The notes under the pieces were generated by a model that was not told where the DNA came from, did not search any database, and worked only from the letters and a program-made list of their open reading frames with translations. This document shows, one piece after another, positions 29,801 through 38,323 of a DNA stretch of 64,000 nt (within the stretch, counting starts at the first letter, position 1; every line of letters starts with the position of its first letter). This DNA is from Syntrophobacterales bacterium (lineage in GTDB: Bacteria; Desulfobacterota; Syntrophia; Syntrophales; UBA2210), in NCBI GenBank assembly GCA_018433345.1, contig JAHDRK010000033.1, positions 9,166 through 73,165 on the forward strand, written 5' to 3'. Made by a program: the position numbers and the translations under genes.

Positions 29801-29951
29801 AGGTTGTCATGATGGTCAGCGTAGGATAAGTGACGTCCGGCATCAGGTCTATTGGAATTCGAACGAGTGCCGCCATGCCGAGCATCACCGCAATGAGCGT
29901 CGACATGAGGGTGAAAACCGGCCGATGCACGGTAAAGCGTGCCGGGTTCAT
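26832..29951 (-). CDS. RND efflux transporter permease (AcrB/HAE1-like)
   Basis: 1039 aa with 12-TM/large-loop architecture. The N-terminus is typical of AcrB-family proteins (F.V.RPV...M......L.G......IP...LP). Confidence 0.88.
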   Translation of the reverse strand: MNPARFTVHRPVFTLMSTLIAVMLGMAALVRIPIDLMPDVTYPTLTIMTTYENASPEDVEELITRPVEQAVAAVAGVEQINSYSSEGVSNVRVSFSWGTDIDVAAIDIRDRLDRIIEMLPDDSDRPQVRKFDISAIPIMLLGVSSSMDPMELRILIDEHMSYRLERIPGVASVNVWGGLEREIQVNLDVDKVQALDLTLDGIRQSIRDANVTVPAGDVERGRFNVTLRTPGQFTSLEELSSMVLAVRDGAPITLGQVAEVLDTHRRVTRLVRINNEPGVRMAIMKQPDYNTVAVAGAVNREIENLNRDYPQVSIFPIRDTSEYIRLAIDNVSRSIVFGGALAFLVLFFFLRSLSSSLVAATAIPVSVIVTFGLIYFGGFTLNLMTLGGLALGVGIMVDSSIVVLENISRLREKRGDTLIKEAAVRGTGEVAAAVAAGTLTTMVIFLPMFFARELAGVLFRQLAWVVGFALLVSLVVALTVTPTLSARLIRPPSGSPGEDNGPMKRLYNLTALFFGGMENFYRGILGAALENRGAVVWMFLGLFVASILLLPYVGSEFMPSADEGEVRISIEMEPGTRLAILDETVRRVESIVLPAVPEAAASVVSVGGTSFSTGAPMGADIRLSLVPQRHRSRSSEEIADDLRGRLTQIPGARIRAQASGGLFVMRLTAAADEEQLSIDVRGYNLAQLDSIAKKVQETIAPVEGITDMRLSREGGVPLNLLQIDRVRAADLGLSVVGIAQTIETAIAGSSAGYFRDGGSEYRIFVRLKDAEQLDFDDILNIGVMNNRGEFVNLRNVVTIESAEGPQTIERRDQQRVSRIQVNISGRDLGSVVSDIRERVASIPMPRDIDITFGADYEEQEKTFNELAWGLLLAVALVYMVMACLYESFRDPLIVMFSVPMALIGVVVILLATGTTLNAQSFIGGIMLVGIVVNNAILIVDQAGRLRVEEGLSPSRAAFEAGTRRFRPILMTSLTTIIALIPLALGIGEGSEQQAPMARVVIGGLTSSTFITLILIPVLYTFFYRRREGGKKETTGRWTE

Positions 29952-31156
29952 CAGAGGTCGGCCTGCCTTTCCTGCGTTTTGGATTCTTCTACACCGCTTC
30001 CGTCGTGGATAACAATGGGCGCGCCGTCACTTAGAAGATACTGACCCAGCGTGACCACGTACCCCTCCAGGATGGGTCTGCGGATCTCCACGTAATCCCT
30101 GTCCTGCAAACCCAGTTCCACCTCCACCAACCTGGCCCGGTTCTCCTCGAGGTCCGCCACGTAAAGGACTATTTGACCCGCTCGTTCGATAAGCGCGGAA
30201 CGGGGAACTACAAGGGCGTCTTCCTTGCGATCGAGCACGATTTCCAGCCGCACGAACATACCCGGTGTCAGAATCTCCCGGGGATTGTCCACGTCAACTT
30301 CGAGGCGGGCCTGACGGGAGGTTTCTTTCACCACCGGTGAAAGACGAGCCAAAGTTCCGAAAAAGTGACTGTCGGGAACAGCGTCGGCCGTTACTCTTAC
30401 CTCTTGGCCCAGCTTAAGGCGTGGGTAGTCTGTTTCGGTGGCGTGGGCGACTGCGATCAGCCTCTTGACGCACACGATGGACATGAGGGGCGTCTGGGCC
30501 GGGAGATAGGCGCCCTCGTCCACGTACCGTTCCGCTACCACGCGGTACCCGTCTTCCCCCTGCCAGTCGGCCTTGATGACCGTGTAAGAAAGCATCAACT
30601 CGGCTCCCATGAGCGCGGCCTGGCGCTGGGCTATCTGGGCGGAGGCGACCCGGACACGGGCCTGCTGAGCCCGGTACTCAGCCAAAACCGAATCCAGCTC
30701 CGATTCAGAGGCGACCCCCTGCTCACGCAATCTTCTGACCCGTTCATATTCGCGTCGGCGCGTTTCCAAGGTGCTTTCCGCTTCCACCAGGTTCGCCAGG
30801 GCCACTTCCAGTTCAGCCCTGGCCTGTTCGACTTCGAACCGGTACTTGTCGTCGTCCAGGATGGCCACTACCTGGCCCAGTTCGACCTGGTCCCCCAAAT
30901 CCACCATGAGCCTCTCCAGTCGCGCCGCAATCTGTGTGGAAAGGTCGAAAACGGCGCCCGCCCTAAGCGAACCCGTCAGAGTGCGCCTCTCCTCGATCGC
31001 CCCCCTTATCACGGGGGCAACCTCCACGGCCACGGGCCGCTGCCCGAGGCTTACGGTCTTCCGATCCCCGGCCTTTTTGCCTCCGCCGAACGACAGGAGC
31101 ACAACGACAACCACGACGAGAACTCCGGAACCGATCCAGATCACGGTTTTTTTCAA
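29951..31156 (-). CDS. RND efflux periplasmic adaptor (membrane fusion protein, HlyD family)
   Basis: 401 aa with an N-terminal TM anchor, a coiled-coil hairpin and a beta-barrel. TTG start. It overlaps the RND start by 1 nt. Confidence 0.8.
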   Translation of the reverse strand: MKKTVIWIGSGVLVVVVVVLLSFGGGKKAGDRKTVSLGQRPVAVEVAPVIRGAIEERRTLTGSLRAGAVFDLSTQIAARLERLMVDLGDQVELGQVVAILDDDKYRFEVEQARAELEVALANLVEAESTLETRRREYERVRRLREQGVASESELDSVLAEYRAQQARVRVASAQIAQRQAALMGAELMLSYTVIKADWQGEDGYRVVAERYVDEGAYLPAQTPLMSIVCVKRLIAVAHATETDYPRLKLGQEVRVTADAVPDSHFFGTLARLSPVVKETSRQARLEVDVDNPREILTPGMFVRLEIVLDRKEDALVVPRSALIERAGQIVLYVADLEENRARLVEVELGLQDRDYVEIRRPILEGYVVTLGQYLLSDGAPIVIHDGSGVEESKTQERQADL

Positions 31157-31185
31157 TGTCTCAGACCTCCCCTTATGACGACACC

Positions 31186-31198
31186 TTGTAATTTACAA
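31186..31198. promoter_or_regulatory. 13-bp palindrome TTGTAA-T-TTACAA upstream of the efflux operon (candidate operator)
   Basis: Perfect 6-bp arms, 30-42 nt upstream of the MFP start codon. Confidence 0.35.
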
Positions 31199-31455
31199 AA
31201 CTCGTGCCTAGACCCCCGGCAAGAATTATGCCCGCCGAACCGACACAGCGTAACCACGAGAAAAAAGGGCATAAAAATCTATCGATCTCCGGAGGGAAAT
31301 CTTAATGGGATTCATTGTATCCGGTTTCCGTGGTCAAGTGGATACTTTCAGCTCCTACATCAGGGTACCGTCGCACAGGTCCCGGGGATTCCACCATCCG
31401 GCGGAAAATGATCACGGGGCGAAAAGGAGAAGACGCACTTAACGGGAAATACGTT

Positions 31456-34400
31456 TCAATCCAACAGGTCCCGTATCTTTCTTGAAAGCTCTTGCAAATG
31501 AAAGGGCTTTTGAATAAAGGCGTCACAGCCCTTGTCCATGATTTTTTTCGCCTCTCCATTGATGCTGTAGCCGCTGGAGAGAATAACTTTCACATTCTCA
31601 TTTATCGCCTTCAACTCGTTGTAGGTGCCGCTTCCCGAAATGCCCGGCATGATCATGTCGAGTATAACCAAGTCGATCTCGTTTCTATGTTCCGCGTACA
31701 GGGCCACCGCCTCCTGTCCGCTTCCCGCAACGAATACCTTATATCCCAGGGACTCGACAAGTTCCCGGCTTACCTCGAGCACCGACGGTTCATCGTCGAC
31801 GAGCAGTATGGTTCCCGATCCCTTGATGACCGTTTCTTTTTCCTCTTCCATGATCTCCGGGACGGCGGCTTTTTCCGAGGCCGGCAGATATATGGTGAAG
31901 GTCGTGCCTTCGCCTGGCTCGCTGTACACGTTGATTATACCGCGGTGACCGCGGACAATGCCGTACACCGTGGCCAATCCCAAGCCCGTCCCCCGCCTCA
32001 TGGATTTCGTGGAAAAGAAGGGATCGAATATACGCTCCATGGTCCGTTCGTCCATTCCCATACCCGTATCGGTGACAGATATCTTCACGTAGGGACCGGG
32101 CTCGATTTCGTAAGGCCTTACCTTGGAGTCGTCGAGAAAAATGTTTTCCGTTTCCAGGTAGATTTCACCGCCCCCAGGCATCGCCTGCCACGCATTGATG
32201 TAAAGATGCATCAATAGTTGCTCCATCTGGGTCCTATCCACCTCCACACTCCATAGGTCCGGCTCCAAATTCTTGTAGATCTCCACCTCCCTCTTTGTCC
32301 TGCCGAACATTTGAGAGGTCTTTTGAACGATGTCGTTCATCGACGTGGGTTTTACTTCGTAGCGACCACCCCGCGCAAAACCCAGCAGTTTACTCGTGAG
32401 GTCAGCGGCGCTGGCGACCTGTTCCTCGATATTTTTGAGGCGCCTGCAATGGGGGTGAGAGGGATCGAGATCGAGCAGCATGAGTGACGCATTGCCCTGG
32501 ATACCCATGAGAATGTTGTTGAAGTCATGGGCGATACCCCCTGCCAGTGTCCCTACGGATTCAAGCTTTTGAGCCCGCATGAGCCGGCGCTCCAATTCCA
32601 GCCGCTGTTCCTCCATTTCCCTCATTTCCGTTATATCTCGGATGATGGCATGGAGATAGGGGACACCGTCAATGGTTATGAGACTCGACGAAACGAGACC
32701 GGTCGTCACGCGGCCGTCCTTCATTCGAAAGTTGGCCTCCAGGTTTCTCACATGTCCCTGCTCCTTCATAATCTCCACGTATCTCTTCCTGGCCTCGAAA
32801 TCATACCACGTGTTGAGCTCCAGATCGGACTTTCCGATGACTTCCTCGCGGGAGTATCCCGTGATGCGGAGAAATTCCTCGTTGACTTCATAATAGAGGG
32901 CGTCCCTAAAGCCGCTCAAGGTGATGGAATCGGGACTGTTCCGGAAAATATCCCGGTACTTCTCCTCGCTCACCCGGAGGGCCTCCAAGGCACGCTCCCG
33001 CTCCTCCTCCGCCCGCTTGCGGCCGGTGATATCGCGGCTTACGCCGGAATAACCCACTATCCGCCCATTTTCATCTTTTATAGCGGAAGCGGCTGTCTCC
33101 ATCCAAATGGTTCCGCCCCCGGCCACGTAGTGCTCTATTTCCAAGTACAGGCGGTCACCTGGAAGCTTACCCTCTCTAAGATCTTGAAAGGCGGCCCTCA
33201 TCCGTCTCCGGCTTTCCCGGGGATACACTTCGAAAGGCTTCTTGTTCAACAGCTCTTCCAAGGGGAACCCTATCACCCGCTCGGCCGACGGGGAAATGTA
33301 GGTAAAACTTTCAGAGTCAAGATCGAATGTCCAGATTATATCCTGGGCGTTCTCCACAACCAGTCGGTACCGCTCCTCGCTCTCCCGCAGGAACTCCAAG
33401 GCACGCTCCCTTTCTTCTTCGACCCGCCTGCGGTCGGTGATGTCACGGCTTATGCCGGAAAAACCAATCACCCGCCCCTCGCCATCCTTTACGGCCGAGG
33501 CGCTTATTTCAATCCACAAGGTGCCTCCTCCGGCCACGTAGTGCTCTACCTCCATTGTCAACCTGTCTCCCGGTAAACGCCCGTACCTAAGGTCTCCGAA
33601 GGCCTTCCAAAGCTTCCGAAGGCTATCAGGAGGATAGAGTTCTTCCAAGGGTCTCCTCATGATCTCTTCTACGGAAAATCCGTAGACTCGCTCCACCGAC
33701 GGCGATACATAAACGTAGTTCATGGAGGAAAGATCGTATGTCCAGATGACGTCGTATACATTTTCCACGACCAGGCGATACCGCTCTTCGCTCTCCCGCA
33801 GCGCCCCGGTGATCCTTTCCCGTTCCCTTTCAATCCGCTTTCGATCGGTGATATCCCGACCTATCCCGCGAAAACCTATTGGTTCCCCCGAATTATCATG
33901 AATAAGAGATATGGAAACCTCGATATCGGCGGTGGAACCGTCTTTCCGCACGACTTGGTATTCCACGGCCCTCGCCGGCTTTCCCGTGCGGTAGACATCG
34001 AGGTATATACCGAAGACACGGCGCGCCTCCTCCGCCGTCGGGTGACGTTCCTTGAGAGAAAGACGCTCGTGCTCTTCGAAGGTGTATCCCGTCAGTTTCA
34101 GAAAAGGCTCATTACAGAACGTAACATTCCCCGAAAGATCGAGCTCGAAGCAGGAGTCTTCGATGTTTTCGATGAATTCGCGGTAGCGGGTCAGTTCGTG
34201 CTCCGCTTTTTTCTGGGCCGTTATGTCCCCGTAAATTACCTGGTGGTGGCGGGAACCGTTCCACATCACTCTCTTCCGCCAGGTCCTCAGATGTCTTATC
34301 TCGCCTTTTTTCGTAACGATGTCTATTTCGTACTCTTCCTGGCCGTCACTGCCCGATTGCCTCGCCTTCTTCCGTTCCAGGTGTTTCCTGTAGCTTTCTT

Positions 34401-36441
34401 CCGTGTACCGGGCGCGGCCGGGCGTCCTGTTCCACTCGTCGATATCGTCGTACCCGAAGATATGGAGGGCGGCGCGGTTGGCATGGAGGGTCTCTCCTTC
34501 ATCGGACACGATCCGTATACCGAGCGGGGATTCATCGAGGGAGCGCCTGAAGTTTTCCTCGCTTGCGCGCAAGGCCTCTATGGCCTTGTTGCGTTCCTCC
34601 TCCGCCACCTTCCGGGCAGTGATGTCTTCCACCGTTCCCTCGAAATAGAGAGCGTCTCCCTGATCGCTTCGCACCACTCTTGTATTGAAGCTGGCCCAAA
34701 AGATTCCACCGTCCTTTTTGACCATCGGCGCTTCAAAACCAGTCACATATCCCCTTTCTTCTAGTATCTTGCGGTACCGCAGGCGATCTTCGGCGTTCAA
34801 GTAAAGTTCCCGCCCGATGTCACTGACGGCACTGATCATTTCTTCAGGCGACCCATAACCGGCCATGTGGGCAAATGCCGGATTTACGGAAAGAAAACGA
34901 CCCTCCGGTGTTGATTGGAAAATGCCCTCCAGGGCGTTTTCAAAGATGGACCGGTACTTGTCTTCCGCCTTCCGTCGTTCCACCGCCTCGAGATAATTTG
35001 ACAAACAGGCCCCGAGCGCCTGGGCCGTCAGCTCTTCTTCGGGAAGCCATTCACGCCGGGATGTCACCTGTTCAAAGCTCAGCACGGCCGCAAGACGCCC
35101 CCTGAGACTGACTGGAACATGAAGCACGGACAGGACGCCGGCGGACCGGAAATAGTCTCCCTCGATCTTTGCGGTTCGAGGATCGGTGTCTACATCGAAA
35201 ACCGCCATTACACGACCCATGAAATGTCCCTCTTCCTGTTCAGAAAACAAGCCGAGCCTCATCACCTCACCGGTGCTATGCCAGTTTCTTCGGTAGTCAT
35301 AGAGATCCCTGCAGACCAACTCTGAATAATCCCCGCTGTAGAACCACACCCCCGCCCTGTCGGACTCCAAAACGGCCGCCGCCGTTTCGGTCAAGTTTAT
35401 CAAACCGCCCATCGAATCATCTTCGTGAAGACCCAAGTCACCCATCAGCTCCGAGAGCATCTCCATGTTGCGCCTCTGGCGGCGGGCATGTTCCCACGCT
35501 TCTCTGAGCGCTTCTTCCTTCTTGAATTCCGCCTCCTTTCGCTCCGTTATATCCGTGTGGGTTCCCACGAAGCGGCGTGGGACACCCTCCCGATCCCTGT
35601 CAATGACCTTGCCACGCGCCAGTATCCACCTGTAGCTCCCGTCCTTGCATCTCAGGCGATATTCATGGAGGTAGAGGGGTGTGCGGCCTAGAAAATGGTC
35701 TTCCAGGGCTTTTTGGCACCCTGCGCGGTCCTCGGGATGGATCCGCCTCAGCCATTCATCCATGTTGTTTGAGATTTCGTGGTCCTCGTAGCCTATGATC
35801 TGTTTCCAGCGGGGAGAAAAGTACGTTTCCCCCGTATCGAGATGACGATCCCACACTCCAAATCCCGATCCCTCGATGGCGAACTTCCACCGCTCCTCGC
35901 TCAGGCGGAGGGCCTCCCTGGCCTCGTACTTCTCCGTGACATCCGAAAAGACCAGCACCACTCCCCGTATCTTCCCGGCCTCGTCCCGAATGGGCGCCGC
36001 GCTGTCCATGATCTGGTATTCCCTGCCGTCGCGGGATATCAGTTTCGTGTGATTGGCGAGTCCCACCACAAACCCCGTCTCCAGGACCCGCGCCACGGGA
36101 TCGTCGACGGGTTTCCCCGTTACGGCGTTTTCGATTCGGAAAACATGGGCCAGGGGTTCCCCCAGGGCCTCGGAAAGGGACCATCCCGTGATGGTCTCGG
36201 CCACGGGGTTCATATGGATCACACGACCCTTTTCATCCGTCGCCACCACCCCGTCTCCAATGGACTGAAAGGTTATCCTCCAGAGCTCTTCGCTTTTCCG
36301 CAGCTCTTCCATGGAAACTTCCGGCTCTTTGTGGGTCTTGCGATCCTTCGTTTTTTTCGATTCCTTCTTTCGAACGATCCTATCGCCGTCAGAACGTTTC
36401 CTTTTCGGCCCGGATTGCGTCTTTCCCTGTTCCCTCGACAT
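31456..36441 (-). CDS. very large multi-PAS/GAF hybrid sensor histidine kinase/response regulator
   Basis: 1661 aa with many PAS/PAC modules separated by coiled-coil linkers. The H-box is [11 protein letters not shown], followed by HATPase motifs and a C-terminal receiver (LLVDDEPS...[11 protein letters not shown]...K). Confidence 0.88.
   Translation of the reverse strand: [1661 protein letters not shown]
33034..33858. repeat. internal tandem duplication (about 411-bp period) encoding two near-identical PAS modules
   Basis: aa 862-998 and aa 999-1136 are collinear (e.g. [21 protein letters not shown] / [33 protein letters not shown] / [12 protein letters not shown]). The DNA string ctccaaggcacgctccc recurs 411 nt apart (about 32983 and 33394). 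Confidence 0.85.
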
Positions 36442-36642
36442 TTCTCAACCCCCGTTTATATCACCCTGCCACCGGTGATTCTCATTCCCCGGGCGCCACT
36501 TCTATCTCCCCGGAGAAAAAAGTTTTCGCTGTTTGAAAAAGCATCACGCGGAACATAAGGAACGGAAGGCCGCAGCGGTTGTTTTCATCGGTCGTAATCC
36601 AATAATCGTAGGAAAAAATATTCGGTCCCGGCGGCATACTAA

Positions 36643-37635
36643 CTACGGCACCAGGTAATGATTGGCCGGCTGAAGTTCCTTCGAGGAGTCGAATCCCTTT
36701 TCAACCACGAGAAATCGCCGCATTTCATAACAAAGCATACAATCGACGGTATAAGATCGCCGTTGGGGCCGGAAAGAATACTTTTCCATCACCCAGGAAA
36801 GAAGCGCGCCTGTTCCTCCGTCAGCCAGGCGGGTGATAACGGGATACTCGTCCGGATCGAGGGGATGTCCCAGGTCTTCCTTTGCTATGGAAAGTCCGGC
36901 ACACATGCCTGGTATGTAGTTTCCGTAAAGATCGATATGAAAGTGACTCGTGTCGGAAAGTTCGATACAGCCCGTTTCCCTTTTCGCTTCCGTCAGTTCT
37001 TCGATAGAGCTCTCTTCCATTATACCATCGAAGGTCTCGAGAGCTCGGCCCCCGGGAACAATACCGTAGCGGCGGGGGAGATTCTCCACGTAGGTTTCTC
37101 CGAATTGCCGCCTGTACTCATCCAGGGAGTGAGTCACGCTATCGTCGAAGGTGTCGAGGTCAAGATAAAAATCCGCAATCCACGGAAAAAGCGATACCCC
37201 TGATTCATGGCAGGCCTCGATAACGCCCTTTACCTTGTTGAAGGGGATATGTTCATTGTGAAAGGGGCTCATTGAAATAAGAAGCGTGTGAAGCCCATGG
37301 GAACTCAAACGCTCCAGCAGGGTACGGGAAGAATCTTTATCCCTGTACCAGGAGCAACCCGTCTCTACGTACCGTATTTCCACGCCCGCGTCGCGTGCCG
37401 CGTCGAGCACAAGACAGAGTCCGTCGGGATCGAGAAGTGTCTCCCCTCCACCGACATGTACCGAGGAACATCCCAGGAGAGCCATGATGGCAAAATCCTC
37501 GAGGGCCTCTCCATAAGTCACGTAGTCCTTCGGCCAATGAGAACCACACCTATACAAGCAATGCCCGCAGGAGGAACCGCAGTAATAATTTGTTATCAGG
37601 CCGCCTGACTGTAAACGAGATATCGTAAGAGACAC
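36643..37635 (-). CDS. radical SAM protein of unknown specificity
   Basis: 330 aa. A CGSSCGHC (CxxxCxxC) motif near the N-terminus and a GGGETLLDP glycine-rich SAM motif. The GTG start lies 3 nt after the stop of the upstream THX gene. Confidence 0.75.
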   Translation of the reverse strand: MSLTISRLQSGGLITNYYCGSSCGHCLYRCGSHWPKDYVTYGEALEDFAIMALLGCSSVHVGGGETLLDPDGLCLVLDAARDAGVEIRYVETGCSWYRDKDSSRTLLERLSSHGLHTLLISMSPFHNEHIPFNKVKGVIEACHESGVSLFPWIADFYLDLDTFDDSVTHSLDEYRRQFGETYVENLPRRYGIVPGGRALETFDGIMEESSIEELTEAKRETGCIELSDTSHFHIDLYGNYIPGMCAGLSIAKEDLGHPLDPDEYPVITRLADGGTGALLSWVMEKYSFRPQRRSYTVDCMLCYEMRRFLVVEKGFDSSKELQPANHYLVP

Positions 37636-37638
37636 ACC

Positions 37639-37758
37639 CTATTTCTTCTTTCCCGGAGACTTGTTCGAAGGGGTCTTTTGAATCTTCCTCGGTCGGGTTT
37701 TTCCGAAAGTTCCCCGATATATTTTGCCTCTTCGAGAACGCCTATCGCCCTTTCCCAT
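37639..37758 (-). CDS. 30S ribosomal protein bTHX-like small basic protein (39 aa)
   Basis: [25 protein letters not shown]... matches the THX signature ([20 protein letters not shown]..RPRK). A GGGGGAG RBS lies 5 nt upstream of ATG 37758. The ORF-track 86-aa version is an upstream extension. Confidence 0.75.
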   Translation of the reverse strand: MGKGDRRSRRGKIYRGTFGKTRPRKIQKTPSNKSPGKKK

Positions 37759-37898
37759 AAATGCTCCCCCGTGAATAACCGTAACCTGAATTTTATACTG
37801 AAATATACCCGCTGCATATACATCAGCTACGCAGAACATGCAAGACACTTCATTTTTCTCAACCCTTCCCAGCTGCAAACCTAAAAGCCCCTCACCCA

Positions 37899-37964
37899 TA
37901 GCCTATCGCCCATGGGCCATCGCCTGCGGCAAAGCCGCGCCCTTTACCCTTTACCCTCAACCCC
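37899..37964. repeat. direct repeat copy A (66 bp) ending in CCC-TTTA-CCC-TTTA-CCC-TCAA-CCCC
   Basis: It aligns with 38201-38273 at about 58 of 66 positions plus a 7-nt indel, and contains the GCGGC-AAA-GCCGC hairpin. Confidence 0.85.
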
Positions 37965-38200
37965 TAACCACCCTATCCCCGGCCCTGATTCCTCGGTCTC
38001 AGAATCTCTTTTCGACGGTTCCAGATCTCGCTTCACTGCGCCTCGAAAACTCGCCCTCCGGGCTCAGACAGTTCGAGGCGCGGTCGTTCCGCTTCGATGG
38101 GAACCGTTACCGAAAAAAGCTTGATTCACCCTTCGGAATCACGGCCGGAGAATATCCCGTCGCAAAACATACGATCCCTTTACCGTTCACCCTTTACCAA

Positions 38201-38273
38201 TAGCCTATAGCCCATAGCCAATCACCTGCGGCAAAGCCGCGCCCCTCGCCTTTTACCCTTTACCCTTCACCCC
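38201..38273. repeat. direct repeat copy B (73 bp)
   Basis: See copy A. A third partial ccctttacc motif precedes it at 38176-38198. Confidence 0.85.
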
Positions 38274-38286
38274 GGTCTTTTTCCCC

Positions 38287-38316
38287 AAATGTCAAGTTTA
38301 AAGATTCGACCCCCAT
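38287..38316. repeat. copy 2 (inverted) of the 29-30 bp sequence at 7156-7184
   Basis: aaatgtcaagtttaaagattcgacccccat. It lies immediately upstream of the -35 box of the aminotransferase promoter. Confidence 0.85.
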
Positions 38317-38323
38317 ATGGGTC

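Noticed and set aside
30365-31411. 348-aa plus-strand ORF
   Set aside because: It is antisense to the membrane fusion protein gene, with no motifs and biased composition.
32527-34764. 349-aa and 288-aa plus-strand ORFs
   Set aside because: Both are antisense to the 1661-aa kinase gene and are shadow ORFs.
37899-38273. The direct repeats as a diversity-generating retroelement TR/VR pair
   Set aside because: Four of the eight substitutions do fall at adenines of copy B. However, the other four do not, neither copy lies at the 3' end of a coding region, the repeats are short, and no reverse transcriptase gene is present in the window.
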